Positions 28,775 through 43,724 of a stretch of 64,000 nt of DNA are shown piece by piece; the stretch's first letter is position 1, and every line of letters starts with the position of its first letter. Source of the DNA: Eledone cirrhosa. Lineage: Eukaryota. Below the pieces are notes generated by a model. It had not been told where the DNA came from and ran no database searches. It was given only the letters and a program-made list of their open reading frames with translations. The DNA is taken from assembly GCA_964016885.1 (NCBI GenBank), contig OZ024743.1:292454001-292518000 (forward strand), given 5' to 3'. The position numbers and the translations under genes were made by a program.

Positions 28775-28930
28775 GATTGGTTAGATATTTAGGCTCACAA
28801 TCATGAGGTGGTGAGTTCGATTCTCGGAGCGGGCGGTTCATTTTGTCCCTAAGCAAGAAACTTTATTTCAAGCTGCTCCAGGTCACGCAACAGTAAAATG
28901 AGTTATGACGTAACTGGTGTCAATCTATAC
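28775..28930 (+). mobile_element. tRNA-derived SINE with CORE-like segment
   Basis: tggttag..gagttcgattct..tgtccctaagcaagaaacttta; similar relics near 26340-26500 and 35570-35680. Confidence 0.55.
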
Positions 28931-30155
28931 TGCCATTGCGTTTCCCTTAAACAAAATCGGTGGCAATCATTGAAGGGCAGCATAAAGGTCTCTCCACGTT
29001 CCATATGCATATGTTTCAAGACCCCACTATACCCTGCATATGGGTATAGTGGGGAAATTTAAAATGTATTAACTATTTCGTTTGTTTTCATCAGTATGGT
29101 CAAAGACAATGAGCCTTGTATAGGCAGAATGATCGGAGCATCGAACAAAATACTTTACAGCTCTTTCAAATCCCATTGGGGTCAACTTTGCTTTTATCCA
29201 TTCGGTATTGAGATGAAATGAATAAAGCAATGGCAATGGAGTCGATTTAATTCACTTTCCTTATTTCCCGAAATATCGCTCGCTTTGAGCTAAAATTTGA
29301 TTTGGAACCAGTATTTAGTATACAAATTATAGTTGAAATAACTAAATATTAAAACTCGCAAAATAATGAGAGCAATTACAACAAATAGTGTAATCAGAGA
29401 CCTATCATAGACAAGGATCAGGATAATTGTAAACAGCCTGAGTGCCGTATCTTATCTATCATTCAGCAACAAATTCCTGCGATGTTGCTATATAACATCC
29501 CGGAAAAAAGTACATGGACAAGAACGAGGTGGATATATATGGGAATAACATGGTTATAAATATCTCCAGTTTGGCTTGACCTGTGGCTAAACATCAATAT
29601 CAACTAATTCATGAAATGTGAAAAATAACATCATATTTCGAATAAAGAGAAACGCCACAAAATTAAGATATTTGAAGGTGGGCCAAACACTACTAGATGA
29701 GTCTACATAGACAAAGACCTGAACTAAAAACAATTTGAATGCCATCAAAAAGCTTTGCATGGAATTATTTACTGGATAAATGACAGTTATACAAATATTG
29801 AAGTGAACTGTAGCCTCTCTGTAACTCGGAATCCTTAGATTTCGTCATATTTCAAATAGTTTGTATTGAAATAATAGGCGGAAAACTTTCTTCAACATAC
29901 CTGTTGCACAAAAGCGAGGGTCAAACCTTTACACTATAAGATATGACCGAAAGTATCGATTATGTCACATACCTGTAGGAGACAGTAAAAGCGTCAAAAG
30001 CAGTTGCCACCTAATGTCATCAAAATACCTCCGCGTTTATGTGATATGAGGTTATTGGTAAAGCAATATACAATATTATCTATATGAATTCTTTGTGCGA
30101 TGGAAAATTCTTTATTGGTTAGAAACCACTCCATTCTTTATCAGAAAGAAAATGT

Positions 30156-30202
<47 letters not shown>

Positions 30203-30572
30203 TATATATATATATGTGTGTGTGTTTATGTATCTGTGTATATGTGTGTGTGTGTGTCAGTTTTGACTGCTGTCCATACATGCATTCATAAATACATGCA
30301 TACAATATATACGGCCGTCAATTTATTATATTAAAACCAGTATGGTCTTCGGTAACAAAAGAATCATGAGCAGTTATTTTAAGCTTTATCGTATTGTCAG
30401 CTCTGATTTGTTCAATCAGTATCAGGTTTTCACTAAGATGTCGATAATTCCTTTTGTTGCTTATATGCTACTAATGGTTGCTATGCTATTCCCCTTCTTG
30501 TTGCTGCTTTACTTGTAACATTCATCATTCCACCCTTGTAATGACACCCAAATACAACCAGACACACAAGTA

Positions 30573-30629
<57 letters not shown>

Positions 30630-31543
30630 ATATATATATGATATATCTATGTATGTATATGTGGTATATGAGTTCATCTGTATATAGGCGTGCATTTGTA
30701 TGTGTGAAATTTGCTGGGTCTCGGAGAGGAAAACGAGAAAATCATGAATTACGTGTTTATATGTGAGAACGTCCTTGAGAAAATTATTATATTGCATAAA
30801 GCCACGAACTTTTCAACACGATGGAGTCGAAATCATATGAACAACGTGATAAAAGCACAGAAAGACAAACGTCCATTATATAACTGATATACATCTATAT
30901 AATGTTTGTATGTATGTATGTATGCATGTATGTATGTATATATGTATATCTATGCATATTTTGTTTGTATGTATATATATATATGTATATATACATACAA
31001 ACAAAATATATGGGAGGGATGTTTGTATGTTTGTACATGTGTGTATGAATATATGCAAGCATATATGTTTGTATGTATATGCATTTTTTTATGAATGTAT
31101 GGCTGGATGAACGGATGGATGTATATGTATGCATGGATGTATGTTCAATGTGTTAAAATGTGAGTATAAGGTGTTGTGTAACGATGTAGTTTATGTAGTT
31201 ATTTTTAAGTCATGAAGAGAAACAAATAAATGTGGAACGATGCATAATAATGCCCTGGGAGCATATAAAAAGCAATTATTTCGAAATGAAAAGTAGAATT
31301 TCTCATATATATGTATGTGTGTGTGATTGTATACTATAGTGTATATCTAACTCTTCTTAATTCATGTGCATATGTATATATGAACCATTTAAGAAATAAT
31401 TGCACTTCGTAGAGAAGCTTTTGCCCACACACACGCATATGTTGATATATGTATATGTATATATATGTACATATATATATATATATTTACATATACACAC
31501 GTATATATACGTGTGTGTGTGTGTGTGTGTGTGTATGTATATA

Positions 31544-31595
<52 letters not shown>

Positions 31596-32581
31596 TGTAT
31601 GTCTATATATATAAACTCATATATTCATTCTTCTAAACACAGAAATACGTACGGACGCGAACATCAATGTTATCTCTCAGCAGGAATACGGAACTTCAAG
31701 AGAAGAACTTCAGTGCAGTATATCAGACACATAATGAAATGAAATTCTTTACATATGCAGTATAACAATTGAGTTAAAGAAATCTAATAAGGTCCAGATT
31801 TAGAATTGAGATGTGTTTCTCAAACTCACAGTATTATAGTTGCAACATACATACTACTAGAGGCAAGCTGCGCATGTAGTTTTACATCCATATCTATGTA
31901 TATATGCGTGCATACTTACATAGATATATGCCTGCCTCCATACTCAACAACAATAAAAGCAGTTACAGCTGCAATAACCCAGTACGGTCTGATATTACAT
32001 GTGCATAGCTGACAATTTTGTAAAGGATTATCAAACCAATACAAAATGGAGTGAAGATTGAATACTTAAAGCATGAAGAAGAAACAAATCAGAATAAAGC
32101 TGACACAAATGTTCTGATATCAAACTGTGAAATATCCTTTATATACGTGCCAAATATTTGTTTTCATAAGGTTTCAATTATGGAGATTTAAATGTGAATT
32201 GGTGACGTGGATTCCATTCCACAGATTAAATGTGACGTGTATGTGCGATGAAATAATGTTGAATCTACAATCTGTCCTTAAGAATTACTGAATTTCACAT
32301 ATTAACAAACCACAGAAGTCCTGTCGTATTCTTACTAGCCAATAGTATATGTGGATTTTTTTTTTATCTTATTCCTCAAAAGCCTAAACAGGATACACAC
32401 ACAGATTTAAACTTATATATTCATGTACACTGGTTTATATTCTTTGATCACATTCAGGTGGTTTAATTAATTATATTGAATTATTTTATCGATCATTATT
32501 TATCGAACAACGAAGTGACGTGATATAAACAAACAGTAGATGTAAACACAATAAGAGCGCAGACATACGTACACGCACAGA

Positions 32582-33847
32582 CAGGGTGCGGACGGTAGTT
32601 GAGGACAGATTCATTGTTTAAAAAAAACGCTTATATAATAACAGAAAAAAACTGTATTCTTATAAAAATAACATAAACAAAAAGTTAAATTATCAATTTA
32701 ATAATTTCATTCAATAAAACCACCAGAAGCGCCAATAACTACCTCTATATGTGGTTGAAATTGTTTACAAGCTCGGATTAAGTGGTCTTTGTTCATATCG
32801 GACAGACACGAACTATTGCGGCTTTCAAAGAATCGTTGGTGCTATGGGAGTGTTCATTGACATTTTTCTCAATAATGCTCTATACATAGTAGTCCAGTGG
32901 ATTGAGATCTGGAGAATTAGGAGGCCAAATGTTGGGAGTGATGTGATCAAGAAAATTATCGGCCATCCATTCTTGTGTCATTTGAGCCTTGTGTGATGGT
33001 GCAGAATCTTGTTGAAAGACATAAGGCCTTCCATTGCATACACTGTTGATCCAAGGCTTAATAACTTTATCCAGAACCTTAATATACGCAGCAGCATTCA
33101 CCCTAAAGTCTTTTTGAAAAAAGTGAGGAGGATCACATGTCCTTCATTGCTAATAACACCCAAAACCATGTCACTTGCAGGAAATTGTGTGTGCATTACG
33201 GTTGAAACCTCAGAAGGGTCTGCACATAGCCACCTGTCATTTCTTCTGTTAGTTTTCTGGTCCTGGTCAAAGTTTTTCTCATCTGAGAATAACCAAATCA
33301 CATCATCTTCTGATGGAATTTTAAGTTTGTTCAAAGTCTTTTGGATCTGATTAAATGGCTTTCTTTTGTTTTTTTTCTGGCATGAAATGACCTCTCCTCA
33401 TCACTTAAGATTTGTATCTGATGTCTTCATGCACAACCTTTCTGGTTGTTTTTTCTGACACACGAATATTTTTTGCAATTGACCTCATTGATTTTCCTGG
33501 ATTATCATCAATGTTTTGCTTAACTTCCTAAATATATTCAGGTGTCCTGATAGAATCAGAGCATTTTGAATGTTTTTTACGTTTTGATACTGGTAATACG
33601 CTTCCATCTTCTTTCTCTAACTCACACCGAATCTTGTGGGCAAAAGATCTTGCAACATTCAGGAAAACGCGAAATTTTAAAATCACCATGCTTAGCCTTC
33701 AAAGCCACAATCACAACATACCTTTTCATTTCATTAGTAAGCATAGTTATTTTCACTGTTATTTTCTGAAATAGAAGTTCAATAAAAACTAGTCACATAA
33801 AATAATGACTAAAAATGCAGATGTCTTCAAATACCGTCCGGACCCTG
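32582..33847 (-). mobile_element. Tc1/mariner superfamily DD37D (maT-type) transposon with decayed transposase
   Basis: 26-bp TIRs (cagggtgcggacggtagttgaggaca; rc cagggtccggacggtatttgaagaca), TA at the right end; motifs WLFSDEKNF, FQQDSAPSH, WPPNSPDLNPLD with 37 residues between D2 and D3; frameshifted. Confidence 0.9.
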
Positions 33848-33981
33848 TACATACACATATGTGCGCATGCAGGACTAGCGTCCGAAACGTTAAGACTCTC
33901 GTCCTGCTATTTCAAGCGTTAGCCTAATATATTCCTTTCATATACTGTACCGATTGTGTTGTTATTTCTGTTTACCTTTTA

Positions 33982-34034
<53 letters not shown>

Positions 34035-34038
34035 ACAA

Positions 34039-34084
<46 letters not shown>

Positions 34085-35909
34085 ACACACAGACACACAC
34101 AGACATATATATATATATATTGAGTATATGTTGGTTGTATACCAACACATCATTATGCAGATTGGAGCACTCGACGAAGTGCGCAGGTTGGTTTGGTTAC
34201 TCCGGAGTAATGTAAAATAAAATAAAATAAATAAGTCAAATGTTTATAAACGAAGCTAAATTTTAAACATTTGACTTATTTATTTTATTTCAAACGGAAA
34301 AGATGAAACGAAATTTCATTTCTCACTCTTAGTACGGCTGTTACTTAAATATAAGTATGTATACGTACATCCATATATGTATACAGACGTACAATAGTAT
34401 GTATATATATATACATACATGCACACATATATACATGTACGTATGGATTCACCGAACATTTATTATAATGCTCGGTGTGTTTGTAAACAAACATCCCGAA
34501 TTAAGCCGTACAGTGTCTAGCGTACACACACACACACACACACACACATGTATATATTTATATATATATATATTTTCAAATGGAATGAGAATAAGAAGAA
34601 AGTAGGAGGGGGGGTCCTCATCAGTTGTCTACTGGGGTTCTCGGATATTTCAACGCTTTAAATACAAGATATCTACCACAGAGAGTTCAATAACTGGGTA
34701 AGTTATTGGGAAAACTGAGGATTGAGGGAAGGAAAATAGAAGGGGAAAAGGTAGAAAAGAGAAAACAGCGAAAAAAACAACAAACCGAGCAATGTGCGAG
34801 CAACTTAAGGTAAGAAAATCCAAGACCACTGCGATAACAGAACTTCAGTTCAAGAGCGTGTGGGCGAACGAAAAGACACCCCATTGAAGGAAACTTTGAA
34901 CAGGCTTGTACAAAAATAAATAATTTTAAAATTCAGTGATGTCTATCTATACTTGGATATAAATTAGAATCATGTATAAGCAATTTGTAGTTTACTATAT
35001 CATTTTATATATTTTGATTTTATACAAACGTCAGGATTTTGCCCAAACGTTCAATAAAACACTTGCTAGTCCCATCGACCAACTAAGGTCGACATTGTCT
35101 AATTTATAGGCCTCTAGCGAAAAAATTCTTTAGTTGACTCGAAATATATTTAGCTGCGTTTAATGGAAGTCCCGAAAATCTCCGTGTACAGACGTCTTTA
35201 AATACGCGTGGGTATCTTATCAATATTGTCATTGTCATGTAGAGAACAGCTTCCGCGATTGTGTGTACACATATTAAGCTTCATAATATCCTTAGATCTA
35301 TAAATTGTTTAACGTGGGATTAATGATAATCTAAATTTAATATGTATTAGTAGTATTCTGAATTGAATGCACAAACACACACACATATATGTGTGTGTGT
35401 GTGCGTGTGTGCGTGTGTGTGTGTATTTGAACAGAGAAAGAGAGAATGAGAAAGCGAGAGCAAGTGCTAGAGAAATAGAGGGAGGATGGGGATTATATTT
35501 ATAATAATGCTTTTCTTTAGAATATCCCTCTCACCTTCACAACGATAGATTTTTCATTTATTGATAAGCTTACTTCCGAGCCATATGGTTCCGGGTTCGA
35601 AACCACTATGCAACAATATAGTCGTTTTTCTCTCACAGTAGCCTCATGTCTAAAATTTTGGACACGGGGAAGTTTGCAGCAGTAGGTCACAGGAGTAGAC
35701 AGTTATTGAAGACAAATACTTTTATACACACACACACACACATTATGTATATACATGCATCTGTTATATGCACGGCATTGCTGGCCATATGCATGTCCAT
35801 AGCAGGACTAAAAAGTCATGTCCGTGATGCTCATGCTTAGGTATCAAACGATGGCACTACTCGAAATCGAGGTGTAGCCATCATATATATATATATCTGT
35901 GCGTGTGTG

Positions 35910-35997
<88 letters not shown>

Positions 35998-36403
35998 ATG
36001 TGTGTGTATATATATATGAAAATGGAAGTAAGGTTCTATACAAAACAGTGGTTATGGAGAAAAGGTGAAATTAGAAATAGCATGGAAACTATATTTAAGG
36101 GTCTGTTTTTCTTTTTTTCACATTTCCAGTCTCCTTCTCAACAAGGAAGATGAAAAAAACTTGCCTCAACACTTCATTTTAAATCTTTAATTTTTAGTTT
36201 TCAATTCTTATTAATTCTTTTTAATTGTAATACTCCATATTTAATAAGATGAATTTTACAAATACATCGAAACCGGTGATATTTTATGTACATTATAAAA
36301 CTCATCTTTTCAATAATGTCCCTTTGACGAATCAAAGAAAGGAAAAACCTGAAAAACCGACACTTAAATATAGTTTCCGTGCTATTTCCAATTTCCCCTT
36401 TTA

Positions 36404-36549
<146 letters not shown>

Positions 36550-37386
36550 AAGAAGTAACACATGAGTTGATATATATATTAGGAAAAGAAGAAAAAAGTA
36601 GAAAATGCTAATAGGATTTTCTCATAGAATAACAGTACAACATTTTTTAAAAGGTATTGGTATCGTACCGGTTTCAGCAGATAATTATTTCCGCCTTTTC
36701 ATGCTACAGGAAATCTAATCAAAAGTATATAATAAAATTAATGAGTATATTAATGAGAGGAGGGTATTAGAGAAAATAGTTTACATATATATAAAAGTTC
36801 ACATTTTCGTTTATCTCTCTCTTTCTCTCTATCCTCCTTAGTGATTTGGTGGTAGTAGCAGCTAAAATAATATATATAGAGAGAGAGAAGGAGAGCGAGA
36901 GTGAGTGAGAGAGAGAGACAGGGAGTGTGTGTTGGGGGGAGGGGGGTGCGTCCATTTCTTAACTTGAAGCTTTTTTATTAGATATTTGCATGAAATCGGG
37001 AATGTCTGAGATGTGAGACCAGCGGACACAGACGCAGCAAAGATTTATTTGCTTCAATCACCGAAGAGAATGAAGGTACCATTTATTTTCAAGATTTTCA
37101 TAAAATTAACATTAGCATCACTTTTCGGAATATATGAATTGTAAATGAACATAAAACTAAAGGTAAGAATAATAATATAAATAATAATATAAATAATAGT
37201 ACCATTAATAATAATAGAATATAATTATTATTATTACTATTATTATTATTGTTATTGTTATTCCTTGAATCTCAGTCATTGATGTTGGTTAACTGGAAAG
37301 TCCGTTGGATTGAATATCAAGCCACTACCTGCAGCCTCAGATATTCAGGACTATTATTATTATTATTATCATTATTATTATTTTTA

Positions 37387-37424
<38 letters not shown>

Positions 37425-37425
<1 letters not shown>

Positions 37426-38530
37426 ATCTCCAGATATTCTGCCTCAACGGTGAACAGGTGTGGTCGCCGTTTATCAGACGGGCCTTTCCGCAGCTCATTT
37501 CTTTGACTGAGCTGCAATCCTGGGTCAAGAAGAGACCGAGACTGGGTGACTGGCACCTGGAATGTTGCCAGGCACTCACTGCCCTCTACCAAGCAGGCAG
37601 TGCGATCAGTGGAACTTCCACTATCGAGTTCTATAGAGGATTAGTGGTGGGCAAGTGCGATGACGCACTCGGAGAAGCTTTGGGCCTCGACGAAGTTGAA
37701 CTGACCAGTCTGTACCGGAGGACTTTTGAGCCGGGGACGATGGACAATTTCCATAAATCCCTCGCTTGCCAGTGCTACCGGGGGGTACTGCCGGTTCGGC
37801 ATAAACTCTACAGGCACGGAAGTGCTGTAAGACGGACCTGCCCAAGATGCGCACAGAACGACGAAACCGTTTTGAACGTACTTGTCCAATGTCCGTGCAT
37901 TACTAACTTGTGGAGTTATGTTGAACAGCTACTGTCGCGTGTGGAACGAATACGGCTATCGGCCAAGTCCATAGTGAAGATCGATCCACCGCCTTCCGTC
38001 AGGAAGAGCAGGAAATTTTCGTCTGTCTGGTGGCAGTTGCGAAAGAGGTTATATGGTGGACCAGGTTAAAAGGACTGAAGACAGACACCTTTCTCTTCGG
38101 CCAATTCCTCATCAACTTCTTCAAGTTTCACCTGGAAAGGAAGGTGAGGGTGGAGAGAGAAGTGCTGCCCCCCATTACATTTGCTAATAGGTGGGTGAAT
38201 GTGGCGAGAATGGCTCGTGTGAAAAGCCTACTTTGACCATGCGCCTAAAGGCTAGCTAACTTGAGGAGAGGGGTGCTCTCCCTGCGTGCCCTAGAAGCAC
38301 AGGGTGGTTCAGGATTGGTGGGATACCCGAGTCACCCCAGGGTCGTCCACCCCCTATCGGGGAATTTATTTTGTCATATTTATGCATAGTTTATTTTATA
38401 TTTTTATATTTTCATTGTTAAATTAGTCTTGCCATTGTGCACTTTTACTCGACCTTATTGTAAACCCCCACTGTCCCTGTCTTTGTATTGTCCCCTACAT
38501 GTCGGCCCTTGTGGCTAATAAATGAAATCA

Positions 38531-38535
<5 letters not shown>
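37425..38535 (+). mobile_element. 5'-truncated Tx1/L1-like LINE 3' end within (TTA)n
   Basis: zf-RVT-like LPVRHKL..CPRC..DETVLNVLVQCP and AKEVIWWTR; 3' UTR ends aataaa then (TTA)n; (TTA)n also on the 5' side. Confidence 0.75.
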
Positions 38536-38597
<62 letters not shown>

Positions 38598-38890
38598 AAT
38601 GACAACGACAATAAAAATAATAGTTTCTGAAGTTGGCCCAATGCCAGAAAATAAAGGGTGAAGGCATCATACTTGATTGGTTATATTTAGTCGGAGAAGA
38701 CAGTGAAGGTGATGTTGGCATGAATTGTACTCAGAATTTAAAAGATGAGACTAAATGCCACAAAGTGTTTCGTGCTCATCTGAACTTATTACGCAATAAG
38801 CTGCACTTGGTTGTAGCAACAATGTTGAAAATATTCTTCATGTCATGATATTCTTGTACATACATATATGTATAGTAATACAGCCACACA

Positions 38891-38940
<50 letters not shown>

Positions 38941-39001
38941 GACCCCCCCACACACACACATACATATATGTTCATATATATACACTTGTATATACATATA
39001 T

Positions 39002-39165
39002 ACAGGGGTGGGCTGAACATTTCGTAGGCTGACGATGAAGGATGGATGTTAGCGCTGTGAAATCTTGCCTCCATGAAGTTCAACTAATCTTATTAATAAC
39101 TGCATTGTTTCTTTTCAGGAACTATGTTGAAAAATAACAGTCATTATTTTGGTCAGCCTATGAAG
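39002..39165. mobile_element. Mariner-derived mini element relic
   Basis: tacagggg start; inverted ttcgtaggctgac / gtcagcctatgaa. Confidence 0.4.
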
Positions 39166-39172
39166 ATATATA

Positions 39173-39241
<69 letters not shown>

Positions 39242-39433
39242 TGTATGTGTGTGTGCATGTATGTGTGTGTGTGTGTGCATAAATTACTGTTAACAGTGAC
39301 CTTTCCTAGAAAAAGAGCTCAATACTGGAGTACAGTATGCGATTATATCATGTTATCATAGTATAGAATTTGCAATATCTCAAAAGCAAAGGATCTCAAT
39401 GGAGATTCATCAGACTGCATCAGTTGTTAATGA

Positions 39434-39477
<44 letters not shown>

Positions 39478-39531
39478 GTGGAAAAGTAAGAAATCGGAGA
39501 ACAGACCATTAAAACATGTTTATTTAAAACA

Positions 39532-39571
39532 GCACCTACGTACGTTTCGCCCAGTTGGGCTTGTCAAGGGC
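39532..39571 (-). ncRNA. Hammerhead, U3:A8 core variant (family 7)
   Basis: Exact reverse complement of 40825-40864. Confidence 0.7.
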
Positions 39572-40824
39572 ATAAATAACCAAAAGAGTTCATTACATTG
39601 CTTGGAAAGTGTTTTGGGGCTTAAATTCACGTCACAATTCATTCTTCGCAAAAAAAGCGTGTTTTGATTTTGCAGTAGGTCAAAGGAGGTAACTCTGGCC
39701 GGTGTTAGGGCAGTCTTTCCCGGACAATTTTTTTATTCGTTATAAGATGTGGTTACAACCTTACGATTGTCGATACGCACAGGGTCAGGTTATCGACGCT
39801 TATTTTGATACGATTGTTGCCGCACCTGCCCACCTGGGTCGTTTGAGGCTGGGTCTGGATGCATGGTTAGTTTCCTGGGTGTTTTTTTTGCAGTGCCTGC
39901 CCGCCGGGGTATTAAAGCTTGTTGCATTGGGACCCGGTACACGGTTTCACTCCTCATCCTTAACCCATCCGAAGAAGGATATTTTTAAGCGATGTGAACA
40001 ACTTACCGTCGTTTCAGCTCTGCTGTTGATGAGCTCGTGGGGTGCAGTTATGATGTGGTAGAGCTAAATGAGGCAAAGATTGCACTTCCCCTTGAAGTTG
40101 TACGGTGCAGCCCTGCCGACAATATCCCAGTGCGTGGAGAAGCTGATGTTTAAGTATTTTAATGATGTGATGTAGTCCGCGAGCGAAGTGGAGTGTCTTA
40201 ATTTCTTATTTGCTCGCGGACTACATCACATTATTAAAGACTTAAATATCAGCTTCTCCACGCACTGGGATATTGTCGGCAGGGATGCACCGTACAACTT
40301 CAAGGGGAAGTGCGATCTTTGTCTCATGGAGCTCTACCACATCATAACTGCACCCCACGAGCTCATCAACAGCAGAGCTGAAACGACGACAAGTTGTACA
40401 CATCGCTTAAAAATATCCTTCTTCAGATGGGTTAAGGATGAGGAGTGAAACCGTGTACCGGGTCTCCCTGCAACAAGCTTTAACACCCCGGAGGGCAGGC
40501 ACTGCAAAAAAACACCCAGGAAACTAACCATGCATCCCAGACCCAGACTCAAACGACCCAGGCGGGCAGGTGTGGCAAACAATCGTCTCAAAATAAGCGT
40601 TGATTACCTGACCCTGTGCGTATCGACAATGGTAAGGTTGTAACCACATCTTATAACGGACAGAAAAATTTTCCGGGAAAGACTGCCCTAACACCGACCA
40701 GAGTTACCTCCCTTGACCTACTTCAAAATCAAAACACGCTTTTTTGGCGAAGAATGAATTGCGACATGAACTTAATCCCCAAAACACTTTCCGAGCAATG
40801 TAAGGAACTCTTTTGGTTATTTAT

Positions 40825-40864
40825 GCCCTTGACAAGCCCAACTGGGCGAAACGTACGTAGGTGC
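40825..40864 (+). ncRNA. Hammerhead, U3:A8 core variant (family 7)
   Basis: gccc-TTGACAA-gccc-aact-gggc-GAAAC-gtac-GTA-ggtgc; stem I needs one bulge. Confidence 0.72.
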
Positions 40865-41329
40865 TGTTTTAAATAAACATGTTTTAACGGTCTGTTCTCC
40901 GATTTCTTACTTTACCACGTGCTTACGCTCTACGAACTCTCTCGCCCACTTAATATTAACACTTCTAATATTTAATACTGCCGGCACTAGTATTGAGCAC
41001 CTTTTGCATACGCCATTTGGCAATTAACTACATGTATCACCTATCCTTCCTTTTTTTTTTCTCTCTCTCGATACGTAAATACTCTATATATATATATATA
41101 CATATATATATTGTTATACTTAGGGAGGGTCATATTATTATAATATTGCACTAAATAATAACAGAACACACTCACTGTTTGGTTTGGGTTGGTTTTCGCT
41201 TCTGTATCTTTTATATCTCCATAGATAATTTATTTGGCAATCACTGTTTATCATTGATTGACCAGCGGTTAAAAATACAGATATAAAAAAAGATATAGAG
41301 TCTATATAGGTCTATTTATATATAGAGAT

Positions 41330-43220
41330 TTAAAATCACCCTACAAACGTCCCTAACCCGAGTCAATTTCCTGGACGTTACCCTTAACCTCGAAAATGAT
41401 CTGTACTACCCATACAGGAAACCAAACGACAACGTGCACTACATCCACCGCCGCTCTAACCATCCTAGAAACATCACCAATAACCTAGTTAAAAAGATAT
41501 CCCTCCGCATATCTCGTTTGTCCGCTAATGAGCAGATATTCGACGAACACGCGCCTCATTACAACCAGGCCCTCAAGCGGAGTGGCTTCCGGGAGGAAAT
41601 AACCTTTTATCCAGTTTCCCTTAGCGGAACCAGCAGGGGACACCGCCGCTCACGCAACGTAACGTGGTTCAATCCTCAGCACTATGCCGAGGTGGCAACA
41701 CCTATCGGGAAAAATCTTCTTTAGACTCCTCGAAAAACACTTCCCACTACAACACCGCTACCACAACATAATCAACAAAAACACTATCAAACTCTCCTAC
41801 AGCACCACACCTAATTTCGCACAAAATATCGTCTCCTCAAACAACAAAAAACTCAACCCCTATGGTAGAAATAACCTAGACATCAGTGCAGAGCCGACCA
41901 GGAGGTGTAACTGCCCTGATAGATCCACGTTCCCCCTCAACAACAAATGCCGAGAACTTAACGTGATCTACCAGTGCAACATGGGGACGGACATCTCCAA
42001 CAAAACTTATATAGGATTAACCACGTGTGACTTCAAGACCCAGCTCTAGCAAAACCGACACACTTTCCGAAACCCGGTTCGGTGACATGCCACTACACTT
42101 TCGGGCCACATCTGGGACTTCCAAGATAACAATATAACCTACAATCTAACTTGGAGCTTACTGTCAGAGCTAACTCTTACACGGGATGACGCCGTCCGTG
42201 TAACTTATGCTCGGAGGAAACATTACAAATGCTGTTTTCGAAGGACCAACTCCTAAACAAGAAAGATGAACTGGTAACCGCATGCTAACAGATTGCGTAG
42301 GACTTAACCTCGCCCTCAAACCCTATAATGACTCGGGCGGGTAGACAAGGGCTGATACCCCCCCCCCCCCACACACACACACTTGCCGAGTAGGTTAGGG
42401 GAAAACCCAGCTTACATAGGTAAATCTATGTGTTTTCTTTTCCTCTTTGTCTCCATCTTCCCCCTGTCTCATCCTATCACTTCCTTCCACCGCCTATTTT
42501 CTTCCTCGTCTCCTTTCTCCTTTCGCCTATCCCGATGCAGCCCATCGGGCCTTGTAGCATCAGTTCCCCCACCCCTGTTATTTTAAGATAGAATTGGCCG
42601 AATACGTTTTGCTAACTACTTGTAGCAGATGTGTAAAAAACCCTTTAAGTTTGTATCACTTTTGTAATTTCTATAAGTTTTGACTGTTCTCAACTTATTA
42701 ACCTGTAATTGTAAGATAGCATTTTGATTTCTTTATTCATTTCAACTATCTAATTTTATATATTCATTTTTTATTATTTATTTCTAGTATATTTTACTAT
42801 CTCCTACTCTCTTTCGATTTACCTCTTCTATAACCTCCCTCTCCCACTTCATACACTATCCTTAGAATCTGATGTATACATATCACTTTCAACGCTTGAC
42901 CGCTCCACTCATTCCCCTATTGTTCTACAGGCAAATTCACCTCCCACCAAATGCCATGATAGACTTATTTGTGTTTACAACAAATTTTAACCAATCCTCT
43001 TGACAACTACACTCTTCCCATATAAGGAAGTACACCCTGGAAAAGTTCGGCTATTTATTCACCAGGCTAAAAATTCTTATTTAGTCAAGAAATAGCCGTC
43101 GAAACGGCTTGAGCTCTGCCGTCGGGGCCATGCCTTTTCCTATTTCCCACTCTACTACCCTAAGTATTGAGTACTCTGGTGCGTTATGGTCCATTTGTTC
43201 CCTTACCACAATTCCTTTGT
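41330..43220 (+). mobile_element. Decayed Naiad-like PLE (RT thumb, CNC..PL linker, GIY-YIG, 3' pLTR)
   Basis: VNFLDVTLNL, PYRKPND..YIHRRSNHP, RNVTWFNP, IKLSYSTTPN, CNCP..PLNNKC..VIYQC..TYIGLT; frameshifts and stops. Confidence 0.85.
43034..43127 (+). ncRNA. Degenerate hammerhead (family 8)
   Basis: accc-TGGAAAA-gttcggcta..tagccgtc-GAAAC-ggc-ttgagctct-gcc-GTC-gggg. Confidence 0.5.
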
Positions 43221-43280
<60 letters not shown>

Positions 43281-43285
43281 TGTTA

Positions 43286-43328
43286 TGTATACAGGTGTTT
43301 CGCCTGTTTAGCACAGGGTCATCAGACA
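43286..43328 (-). ncRNA. Hammerhead-like motif with imperfect stem I
   Basis: rc: tgt-CTGATGA-c-cctgt-gctaa-acagg-c-GAAAC-acct-GTA-t-aca. Confidence 0.5.
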
Positions 43329-43660
43329 AAGATTAAGGTTTCAGTGGCAGACACAATGTAAATAAGGAAGTCTTGATTGGGGTGAGGGGTTTTAATTCAA
43401 AAGAGTAATTAAGATAGGATGGGCAGGTGGTGGTGACAGTAGGGAGATAGGTGTATGTGAAAGCAAAAGGTAATAAAGGGTGGTATATTGTATAGCCATG
43501 ACATTTTAACTGGTCAGTGATAGGCAGGTGATGAATGTGGAGATGGGTTCCTCCTCAAGGTGCTGTATAGAATATACATATGTATACAATTACACATGTA
43601 CATTAGTATACATCCCAAATGAAGTATATATATATATGTATATATATATACATATATATA

Positions 43661-43724
<64 letters not shown>

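Larger units (their letters stand above)
39478..41085. mobile_element. Inverted pair of Naiad-like PLE 3' ends (GIY-YIG tail + pLTR)
   Basis: 39478-40185 is a diverged rc of 40213-40921; the ORF end reads CDLCLME..LINSRAETTTSCTH; tail 40921-41085 is present only on the + arm. Confidence 0.85.

Noticed and set aside
33870-34630. Half hammerheads: gga-ctagcg-tcc-GAAACGTT (+, about 33872) and CTGATGA-gga..tcc (-, about 34604-34624)
   Set aside because: Each lacks the other half of the core; truncated relics.
36660-36710. Minus-strand ATGAAAA-ggcgga..tctgct-GAAAC-cg-GTA
   Set aside because: Core and stem I are both defective.
39385-39420. Minus-strand CTGATGA-atctc-catt-gagat
   Set aside because: No GAAA follows stem II.
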